Source: Gemmatimonas sp.
GTDB taxonomy: Bacteria; Gemmatimonadota; Gemmatimonadetes; Gemmatimonadales; Gemmatimonadaceae
Reading direction: 5' to 3'
DNA length: 48,792 nucleotides
Assembly (NCBI GenBank): GCA_031414535.1
Contig: JANNVQ010000028.1
Coordinates: 1 to 48,792 of the forward strand
Shown here: piece by piece, positions 41,431 through 48,792 of the stretch
Position numbering within the stretch: the first letter of the stretch is position 1
Layout: every line of letters begins with the position of its first letter
Translations under genes and position numbers: made by a program
Notes under the pieces: model-generated
Database searches by the model: none
Told to the model about the DNA's origin: nothing
The model's input: only the letters and a program-made list of their open reading frames with translations

Positions 41431-43001
41431 GCACGATGGTGAATCTGACCGTTGAAGGCCGCGCCATCACCGTGCCGGCCGGTACGAGCATCCTCGAGGC
41501 CGCCAAGGCCGCCGGCGTGCTCATTCCACACTACTGCTATCACCCAGGGCTTCCGGTGGCCGGCGTCTGCCGCATGTGCCTCGTGGAAGTCGAGAAGGCA
41601 CCCAAGCTCGCGCCAAGCTGCGCGACCTCGGTGGCTGAGGGCCAGGTGGTGCACGTGTACTCCGAGAAGGCGCTCGAAGCTCGTAAGGGTGTGCTCGAGT
41701 TGTTGCTGATCAACCATCCGCTCGACTGCCCAATCTGCGATCAGGCCGGCGAGTGCGAGTTGCAGGACTACACCTTCCAGGAAGGTCGCGAGGACTCGCG
41801 TTACCGTGAGCCCAAGCGCTTCAATCCGGTTGAGGACTTTGGCGGCGATGTTCTCTACGTCACCAACCGCTGTATCCTCTGCACGCGCTGCGTCCGCTTC
41901 ATGGACGACGTGCATCATGAGCCGGTGCTCAACGTGTCCGAGCGCGGTGACCGCGCCACCATCGGGAAGGCCACGGACGCCGACCTCACGCAACCGTGGG
42001 CCGCGAACGTCATTGACCTCTGCCCCGTTGGCGCGCTGGTCTCCAAGGACTTCCTGAATAAGGCCCGTGCCTGGGAGCTGGATCGCACCGCCTCCGTGTG
42101 CACCGGTTGCTCGCAGGGGTGCAATAGCATCCTCGAGACCCGCGACAACACCGTGATGCGCATGAAGCCGCGCAGCAACGATGCCGTGAATCAGTTCTAT
42201 CTCTGCGACGAAGGCCGCCTCAACTATCGCTGGCTGAATCGCTCGGACCGCCTCGCGGCGCCGAAGATCAAGCTGCATGACGTGCTCTCGCCGGTGGACT
42301 GGGACATTGCGTACGCCGAGGCAGTGAAGTTGCTGGCGGGCAAGCGCACCTACGTGGTGGCGAGCCCCAAGCTTTCGAACGAAGCGCTCTACCTGCTCAA
42401 GCAGCTGATTGCCAAGACCAATGGCGAAGGCATGTTCCGCTGTGAGACGGGCGCCGAGGCGCCCTTGCCGGGTGTGGCGGATCTCTCGTTGCGCGCGGAT
42501 CGTGCACCGAACGTGAATGGCGCCGAGCTCTTGGGCTTCAAGCGCAACGACTCGGACGTACTCGCGGGTCTCAAGGATGGCGATGTTCTGATTCTTGCAG
42601 ACGACGAGTTGAGCGGCGTTGATGTCGGCACGGCCTCGAAGGCCGCGGGCATCATCGTGATTGGCACGGCGCTCCCGATTGACCTACCGACGCCGGCTGT
42701 GGTACTGCCAATCGCAAACGTGTCCGAAGAGGAAGGCACCTTCACCAACGTGCGTGGCCGCGTGCAGCGCTTCTTGCAGGCGAAGGCGCCGCCGGGCTTG
42801 GCGCGTCCAAGCTGGTTCGCGCTCGCTGACTTGAATGCCAGCCTCGGCGTGCCGAGCGAGTACTTCTTGCCGGGTGCCGTGTTCGAGGCCCTCGCCAAGA
42901 GCGAGTCGGCCTTTGCGGGCTTGAGCTACGAAACGCTGGGGCTGTACGGCGCGCCGGTAGCGGGCGCTACTCCGGCTGGCGTCTCGTCGGGGGCCAAGTA
43001 A
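41427..43001 (+). CDS. nuoG: NADH-quinone oxidoreductase subunit G (short, 524 aa)
   Basis: CYHP..CRMCLVE, HPLDCPICDQAGEC, CILCTRC, CTGCSQGC...CDEGR. Confidence 0.93.
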   Translation: MSTMVNLTVEGRAITVPAGTSILEAAKAAGVLIPHYCYHPGLPVAGVCRMCLVEVEKAPKLAPSCATSVAEGQVVHVYSEKALEARKGVLELLLINHPLDCPICDQAGECELQDYTFQEGREDSRYREPKRFNPVEDFGGDVLYVTNRCILCTRCVRFMDDVHHEPVLNVSERGDRATIGKATDADLTQPWAANVIDLCPVGALVSKDFLNKARAWELDRTASVCTGCSQGCNSILETRDNTVMRMKPRSNDAVNQFYLCDEGRLNYRWLNRSDRLAAPKIKLHDVLSPVDWDIAYAEAVKLLAGKRTYVVASPKLSNEALYLLKQLIAKTNGEGMFRCETGAEAPLPGVADLSLRADRAPNVNGAELLGFKRNDSDVLAGLKDGDVLILADDELSGVDVGTASKAAGIIVIGTALPIDLPTPAVVLPIANVSEEEGTFTNVRGRVQRFLQAKAPPGLARPSWFALADLNASLGVPSEYFLPGAVFEALAKSESAFAGLSYETLGLYGAPVAGATPAGVSSGAK

Positions 43002-44254
43002 TGGATCAGAGTCAGCTTCCTTTGGGCTTCTGGCCTTTCATTGTGTTCACGATCATCAAGATGATCGCGATTTTCTCGCTCTACATGGTCGGCGTGGCCT
43101 ACACCACGCTCGCCGAGCGAAAAGTCTCGGCTTGGATTCAAGACCGTCACGGACCAAATCGCGTGGGCCCTTGGGGGTTGTTTCAGGTGCTCGCCGACGG
43201 CGTGAAGAACATTATGAAGGAGGAGACGATGCCCGGCGGCGTGAACAAGCCGCTGTTCATCCTCGCACCCGCCATCGCTTTCATTCCCGCCCTGTCGGCG
43301 TGGGCCGTGATTCCCTTTGGCGCACCGATGCCCACGCCCTTTGGCGTGATGGACATGGTGGTGGCGGACATGCCGATTGGCTTCCTGTTCACGCTCGGCA
43401 TCGCATCCCTCGGCGTGTACGGCATCGTGCTCGCCGGCTGGTCGTCTAACAACAAGTACGCCCTGCTCGGCGGCCTTCGCGCTTCGGCGCAGATGGTCAG
43501 CTACGAGATCACGATGGGCGTCGCCGTGCTCTGCGTCCTTCTTGTCAGTGGCAACGTCTCGCTCAATACCATCGTCGCGCAGCAGCAAGGGATGGGCTGG
43601 AATGCGATGGTACTCACGGTAGCGGGCTTCATCTTCCTTGTGTCAGCGTTCGCGGAGACCAACCGTGTGCCCTTCGACATGCCCGAGGCGGAGTCTGAGC
43701 TCATCGCTGGCTACCACAGCGAGTACAGCGCCATGAAGTTCTCGATGTTCCCGATCTCCGAGTACGCCAACATGGTGACGACGAGCGCGATGTTCGTCAC
43801 GCTGTTCCTCGGCGGCTGGGACATCCCGTTCACGCAATGGGACAACAGCGGTGCGTACTCGGTGTTGAAGGCGCTCGCGACCTTTGGCATGTTCGCTGCC
43901 AAGGTGATCTTCTTCGTGTTCTTCTACATCTGGATTCGCTGGACGTTGCCGCGTTTCCGCTATGACCAACTGATGTCCTTGGGTTGGAAGGTGATGCTGC
44001 CGGTGGCGCTCATATACCTAACCCTCGTCGCCACGGTCATCGTGCTGCTCGACAAGGCTGGCCTTGGGCGCGGCCACTCGTTCGGCTACGCCATGGGCGC
44101 GCTCAACCTGATTTGCGTGGTGTTGCTCTTCGTGGTGCTCGACCGTGGCCGCTTGGTGAACCCGGCCTCAAGCCGCTTGAGCCCCACAGAAGTCGCTCGT
44201 CTCCGTCGTCGGGCGCCCGCGCGCGCGACGCTGACCCCCGAGGAGATTCACTGA
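43001..44254 (+). CDS. nuoH: NADH-quinone oxidoreductase subunit H
   Basis: ERKVSAWIQDRHGPNRVG, AETNRVPFDMPEAESEL, PRFRYDQLM. Confidence 0.97.
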   Translation: MDQSQLPLGFWPFIVFTIIKMIAIFSLYMVGVAYTTLAERKVSAWIQDRHGPNRVGPWGLFQVLADGVKNIMKEETMPGGVNKPLFILAPAIAFIPALSAWAVIPFGAPMPTPFGVMDMVVADMPIGFLFTLGIASLGVYGIVLAGWSSNNKYALLGGLRASAQMVSYEITMGVAVLCVLLVSGNVSLNTIVAQQQGMGWNAMVLTVAGFIFLVSAFAETNRVPFDMPEAESELIAGYHSEYSAMKFSMFPISEYANMVTTSAMFVTLFLGGWDIPFTQWDNSGAYSVLKALATFGMFAAKVIFFVFFYIWIRWTLPRFRYDQLMSLGWKVMLPVALIYLTLVATVIVLLDKAGLGRGHSFGYAMGALNLICVVLLFVVLDRGRLVNPASSRLSPTEVARLRRRAPARATLTPEEIH

Positions 44255-44255
44255 G

Positions 44256-44753
44256 ATGGCAATCAATGTGAAGGTGATGGAGCGCCCGATTACCGAGGTG
44301 AGCTACGTGCGCGCGACGCTCGCCGGTCTCGGCCTGACGCTCAAGCACCTCGTCAATCCGCATAAAGTGACCGTGCAGTACCCCGACGAACGCTGGGACA
44401 TCTCCCCGCGGTGGCGCGGCACGCATCGCATGCTCACCACCGAGGACGGCAAAGCCAAGTGCGTGGCCTGCGGTCTTTGCCCCACCGTGTGCCCGGCGAA
44501 CTGCATCAAGCTCGTCCCGGGCGAAGACGAGGCAGGGAATCGCTATCCGCTCGTATTTGAGATTGACGAGTTCCGCTGCATCTTCTGCGGCTACTGCCAG
44601 GAAGTGTGCCCGGAAGAGGCGATTCACATGGGCCGTCACTACGAGAACGCGGAGTACAGCCGCGACAGTTTCGTGTACGACCTCGAGCGCCTCACCAGCC
44701 AGACGCATCCGGTCAGCGAATTGTGGGACCCTGCTGACCCGCGGGGGGAGTAA
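44256..44753 (+). CDS. nuoI: NADH-quinone oxidoreductase subunit I
   Basis: CVACGLCPTVCP and CIFCGYCQEVCP. Confidence 0.97.
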   Translation: MAINVKVMERPITEVSYVRATLAGLGLTLKHLVNPHKVTVQYPDERWDISPRWRGTHRMLTTEDGKAKCVACGLCPTVCPANCIKLVPGEDEAGNRYPLVFEIDEFRCIFCGYCQEVCPEEAIHMGRHYENAEYSRDSFVYDLERLTSQTHPVSELWDPADPRGE

Positions 44754-44756
44754 GGA

Positions 44757-45302
44757 ATGAATAACGAGTTTTTCCCGCTCTTCTACTCGTTCCACTTCTA
44801 TCTCTTCGGGTTGATTGCGCTCATCTCGGCAATCCTCTTCGTGACGCGCAAGAGCCCAGTGGCGGCGGCGCTGTGGTTGGTGAACGTGATGTTCTGTCTC
44901 GCCGCGCTCTACATCATGCTCGACGCGCAGTTCATCGGCGCCATTCAGGTGCTAGTGTACGCGGGCGCCATCATGGTGGTGTTCCTCTTCGTGGTCATGC
45001 TGCTCAACCTTGGGAAGCCGGGAGACATCTCCGACATCCGCGGTGCGCTCCCGCGCGTCACTGCCGGTTTTGTGGGCGTTGCGCTGTTGGCCGAAGTGAT
45101 GGTGTTGGCCAAGGCTGATTTCTCCCGTCTGCTCTCCGTACCGGTTCCCATGGGCACCGAAACCGTGGGCGGACCTGGGGGCATCATCGGGCCAATCGCC
45201 GAGGTGCTGCTCAAGGAACAGATGCTGTCCTTCCAGCTGGCGTCAGTGCTACTACTCGTCGCGATTGTCGGTGCAGTTGTCATCGGCAAGAAGCGGAGTT
45301 AA
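44757..45302 (+). CDS. nuoJ: NADH-quinone oxidoreductase subunit J
   Basis: QVLVYAGAIMVVFLFVVMLL. Confidence 0.95.
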   Translation: MNNEFFPLFYSFHFYLFGLIALISAILFVTRKSPVAAALWLVNVMFCLAALYIMLDAQFIGAIQVLVYAGAIMVVFLFVVMLLNLGKPGDISDIRGALPRVTAGFVGVALLAEVMVLAKADFSRLLSVPVPMGTETVGGPGGIIGPIAEVLLKEQMLSFQLASVLLLVAIVGAVVIGKKRS

Positions 45303-45305
45303 ACG

Positions 45306-45599
45306 ATGATTGCCGAATCCCTCGCGCTGTCGGCCGCGCTCTTCACGATTGGTGTCATCGGCGTACTCACACGCCGTAACGCCATCATTCTCTTTATGTG
45401 CGTGGAGCTCATGCTCAACGCCGTCAACCTGTCCTTCGTCGCGCTCTCCAAGCTGTACGGCGCCTCGGGGCAGGTCTTCGTGCTCTTCGTCATCACGGTG
45501 GCCGCTGCTGAAGCGGCCGTGGGACTCGCGATTGTGATCGCGATTTTCCGCCACCGCCAGACGGTGGAACTTGATGACATCAACCTGCTGAAGGGCTGA
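45306..45599 (+). CDS. nuoK: NADH-quinone oxidoreductase subunit K
   Basis: [24 protein letters not shown]. Confidence 0.96.
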   Translation: MIAESLALSAALFTIGVIGVLTRRNAIILFMCVELMLNAVNLSFVALSKLYGASGQVFVLFVITVAAAEAAVGLAIVIAIFRHRQTVELDDINLLKG

Positions 45600-47791
45600 T
45601 GATCCAGACCCCTCCCCCCGAGATGGGCCATCCGCTCGCCGACACCGTGGCGCGCTTCGCGTGGGCGTTGCCCATGTTGCCGCTGCTGGGCTTCGTGCTG
45701 AATGGCTTCCTATCATTGAAAGCCGCGGCCCATGCGGGCCCGGCAGATCCGACGGCGGCCGCTGAGCATGCGCACAGCGCGCATGGCGGCGATGCCCACG
45801 GCCACGACGACGCGCACGGTCACGACGATCACCACGTCGTCCGGCATCCGGCCGCCGGCTGGGTGTCGCTCATCGGTCCCGGCGTGCTACTGGCCTCGTT
45901 TGGTTTGGCCGTCGCGATCTTCTTCGCAATGAAGTCCGCGCACATCGAGGATCCGTTCGTCCTGACCTTGTTCCAATGGATGCCAACGGGCGACCTCGAC
46001 ATTGATGTCGCCTTGCAGTTGGACCAGCTCTCGATGGTGATGGTGCTCATCATCACCGGCATTGGCTCGCTGATCCATATCTTCTCCGTTGGATATATGC
46101 AGGACGACCCGGGGTACCCGCGCTACTTCGCGTACCTCAACCTGTTCGTGTTCTTCATGCTCATCCTGGTGCTCGGCGCCAACTACCCGCTGATGTTCGT
46201 GGGCTGGGAAGGCGTGGGCCTCTGCTCCTATCTGCTCATCGGGTTCTGGTTCCACGAGAAGGCCAATGCCGACGCCGGCAAGAAGGCCTTCATCGTCAAC
46301 CGCATCGGCGACTTCGGTATGCTCGTCGCGATGTTCCTGATGTTTGCCAACTTCGACACACTGAGCTTCATTGGCCTCGAGGGCGGACTGAACGGCATGG
46401 AAGTCGGCGCGCTGATTCCGACGGCCATCGCGCTCTTCCTGTTCTTGGGCGCGGCGGGTAAGTCCGCGCAAATCCCGCTCTACGTCTGGCTTCCGGACGC
46501 GATGGCGGGCCCAACGCCAGTATCCGCGCTTATCCACGCTGCCACGATGGTCACGGCGGGCGTGTATTTGATTGCGCGGTCAGCCACGCTCTTCGCCTTG
46601 GCACCGACGGCACAACTCACCGTCGCGCTGGTGGGTGCACTCACGGCCGTGTTCGCCGCAACCATCGGTCTCAAGCAGTGGGACATCAAGAAAGTGCTCG
46701 CGTACTCCACCGTCTCCCAACTCGGCTATATGTTCGTGGGCGTGGGCGTGGGCGCGTACACAGCAGGCGTCTTCCACCTGATGACGCACGCGTTCTTCAA
46801 GGCGCTCCTGTTCCTCGGCTCGGGCTCGGTGATCTACGCCATGCACAAGGCGTATCACGAGACGCACAATCACGAGGACGCGCAGGACATGCGCAACATG
46901 GGCGGCCTCAAGGCGCACATGCCCGTGACCTTCTATTTGATGTGGATTGCGACGCTGGCCATCGCCGGTATCCCCGTCTTCTCCGGCTTCTTCTCCAAGG
47001 ACGAGATCCTCGCGAGCGTGTTCGCACGGACGCACGGATCCACCTTGTCTGAAGCATCACTCCTTGGGATTCCAGGCAGCATCGTGCTGTATATCGTCTA
47101 CGCCCTCGGCCTCGCCGCGGCGCTGATGACGGCAATCTACATGACGCGTATGATGCTCTACACCTTCCACGGGCCGAACCGCACGGGTGAGGCGGAGCGT
47201 CCGCACTTGAAGGAAGCCCCGTGGATTATGACGGGCCCCTTGGTGGTGCTCGGTGTGCTTTCACTCGCGGGTGGGTGGCTCAATCTGCCGCTGATTACCG
47301 GCTTCCTCGGCACACCTGAGATCCTGCATCACTGGCTCGAGCCCGTGGTGGGCAAGGGCACACTGATGGTCACGCTGGGCGAACCGGCGCACCTATCTCA
47401 CAGCACAGAGTACGTGCTCATCGGCCTGGCGGTCGCGATTGCCGTGGGCGGTATCGCCTTCGCCTTCGCCAAGCTCAAGCCCGAGGCTCTCGTGCCCGCC
47501 AAGCACGCACCGGCGGAAGTGGGGCTAGCCAAGACGCTACTCAACAAGTGGTATGTGGACGAGGGCTACGATAAGGCCATCGTGCAACCCACGCTCGGCG
47601 TATCGCGCAACGTGCTGTGGAAGGGCATTGACGTCGGCATCATCGACGGGCTGCTCGTCAACGGCTCGGCATTGCTCACCAAGTCCTTGGGCTGGATGGG
47701 ATCGCAAATGCAGACCGGGCGCGTGGGTGCCTATGCTTGGGTGATCGTACTTGGCGCGGTGATGGTGTTGGGCGCCTTCTCTTTCCTTTGA
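45599..47791 (+). CDS. nuoL: NADH-quinone oxidoreductase subunit L
   Basis: GWEGVGLCSYLLIGFW, GKSAQIPLYVWLPDAMAGPTPVSALIHAATMV, HAFFKA. Confidence 0.97.
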   Translation: MIQTPPPEMGHPLADTVARFAWALPMLPLLGFVLNGFLSLKAAAHAGPADPTAAAEHAHSAHGGDAHGHDDAHGHDDHHVVRHPAAGWVSLIGPGVLLASFGLAVAIFFAMKSAHIEDPFVLTLFQWMPTGDLDIDVALQLDQLSMVMVLIITGIGSLIHIFSVGYMQDDPGYPRYFAYLNLFVFFMLILVLGANYPLMFVGWEGVGLCSYLLIGFWFHEKANADAGKKAFIVNRIGDFGMLVAMFLMFANFDTLSFIGLEGGLNGMEVGALIPTAIALFLFLGAAGKSAQIPLYVWLPDAMAGPTPVSALIHAATMVTAGVYLIARSATLFALAPTAQLTVALVGALTAVFAATIGLKQWDIKKVLAYSTVSQLGYMFVGVGVGAYTAGVFHLMTHAFFKALLFLGSGSVIYAMHKAYHETHNHEDAQDMRNMGGLKAHMPVTFYLMWIATLAIAGIPVFSGFFSKDEILASVFARTHGSTLSEASLLGIPGSIVLYIVYALGLAAALMTAIYMTRMMLYTFHGPNRTGEAERPHLKEAPWIMTGPLVVLGVLSLAGGWLNLPLITGFLGTPEILHHWLEPVVGKGTLMVTLGEPAHLSHSTEYVLIGLAVAIAVGGIAFAFAKLKPEALVPAKHAPAEVGLAKTLLNKWYVDEGYDKAIVQPTLGVSRNVLWKGIDVGIIDGLLVNGSALLTKSLGWMGSQMQTGRVGAYAWVIVLGAVMVLGAFSFL

Positions 47792-47798
47792 TCTGACC

Positions 47799-48792
47799 GT
47801 GACAGCCTTCCTCGACTCCATCGGCTACAACGGCTGGATTCTTCCGGTCCTCCTTGGCTTGCCACTTGTGGCCGCCGGGGTCCTCTTTGCGCGCGCCGGC
47901 AGCACCAAGGGCGATGCGCTGACGCGCATGGCCGCTGATCGTTCGCTTGCGCTCTGGGTGTTCATTGCGGAAGCGGTGCTGTCCTTGGGCCTCTGGTGGT
48001 CCGTGGATGCATCACGCGCCGACTGGCAGGCCGCAGTGCAACTGCCCTGGATTCCCGCGTGGGGCATCAGTTTCCACGTGGGCCTCGACGGCATCGCGCT
48101 AATGCTGGTGTTGCTGACGACAATCATTATGCCGCTTGCAGTACTCGGCGGTTGGACAAGCATCCGTGAAAAGACCGGTTGGTATTACGGCCTGCTCATG
48201 TTGCTCACCACCGGCATGCTCGGCGTGTTCATGTCGCTCGACCTCTTCCTGTTCTACGCGATGTGGGAGGTCATGCTGGTACCGATGTATTTCATCATCG
48301 GCATCTGGGGCGGGCAGCGACGCATCTATGCCAGCCTGAAGTTCTTCATCTACACGATGATCGGCTCGCTGCTCATGCTCGTCGCCATCGTGTATCTCGG
48401 GCTCGCGGCTCAGGATCCGATGACGGGCATCCCCAACTTTTCGTACGATACCATCATGTCCACGGCGCGGATCGCGCCGTCGGCGGCGTACTGGCTGTTC
48501 GGCGCCTTCTTCCTCGCGTTCGCGGTGAAGGTTCCGATGTTTCCCTTCCATACGTGGTTGCCGGACGCACACGTCGAGGCACCGACAGCGGGATCGGTCG
48601 TGCTGGCGGCGATCATGCTGAAGCTCGGCACATTCGGCTTCATCCGCCTGGCGGTGCCGCTGTTCCCCGGTGCGGCGATGGATCCCACGGTCCGCATGCT
48701 CATTCTCGTGCTCGCCGTGATCGGCATCGTGTACGGAGCGCTCGTGTCGCTCGTGCAGCCGGATTTCAAGAAGCTGGTCGCCTACAGTTCCG
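47799..48792 (+). CDS. nuoM: NADH-quinone oxidoreductase subunit M (partial, runs off the window end)
   Basis: Not in the ORF track because it has no stop. GTG 47799 gives MTAFLDSIGYNGWILP..., later VGLDGIAL, WEVMLVPMYF, KVPMFPFHTWLPDAHVEAPT, KKLVAYS. Confidence 0.95.
   Translation, partial: MTAFLDSIGYNGWILPVLLGLPLVAAGVLFARAGSTKGDALTRMAADRSLALWVFIAEAVLSLGLWWSVDASRADWQAAVQLPWIPAWGISFHVGLDGIALMLVLLTTIIMPLAVLGGWTSIREKTGWYYGLLMLLTTGMLGVFMSLDLFLFYAMWEVMLVPMYFIIGIWGGQRRIYASLKFFIYTMIGSLLMLVAIVYLGLAAQDPMTGIPNFSYDTIMSTARIAPSAAYWLFGAFFLAFAVKVPMFPFHTWLPDAHVEAPTAGSVVLAAIMLKLGTFGFIRLAVPLFPGAAMDPTVRMLILVLAVIGIVYGALVSLVQPDFKKLVAYSS

Overview
GC-rich bacterial chromosomal segment, probably Gemmatimonadota (inferred from gene order and protein style; not verifiable here). 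It is mostly housekeeping: yicC-gmk-rpoZ-coaBC-udg-dnaB-radA-ispD-tsaC-LMW phosphatase-aroE-comF-gap-pgk-tpiA-(lipoprotein)-secG-carA-HU/IHF-moaDEA-mdh-sdhCAB. An accessory block follows (Cys-rich repeat protein, membrane Ser/Thr kinase, S9 peptidase, Kir-like channel, CPA1 antiporter, dcd, exported proteins), then nuoA-M of complex I, cut off in nuoM. I found no rRNA, tRNA, CRISPR array or transposase. Most notable: (1) a kinase paired with an unrecognised two-repeat, 13-Cys exported protein, in a segment that appears to lack the window-wide avoidance of RTCGAY; (2) an in-frame TAG in nuoD just before the quinone-site DRxDY motif; (3) two REPIN/MITE-like elements sharing 20-22 bp terminal inverted repeats; (4) a Kir channel with a TTTGTG filter in place of TxGYG; (5) a Rex-type operator before nuoA. 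All motif counts were made by eye.
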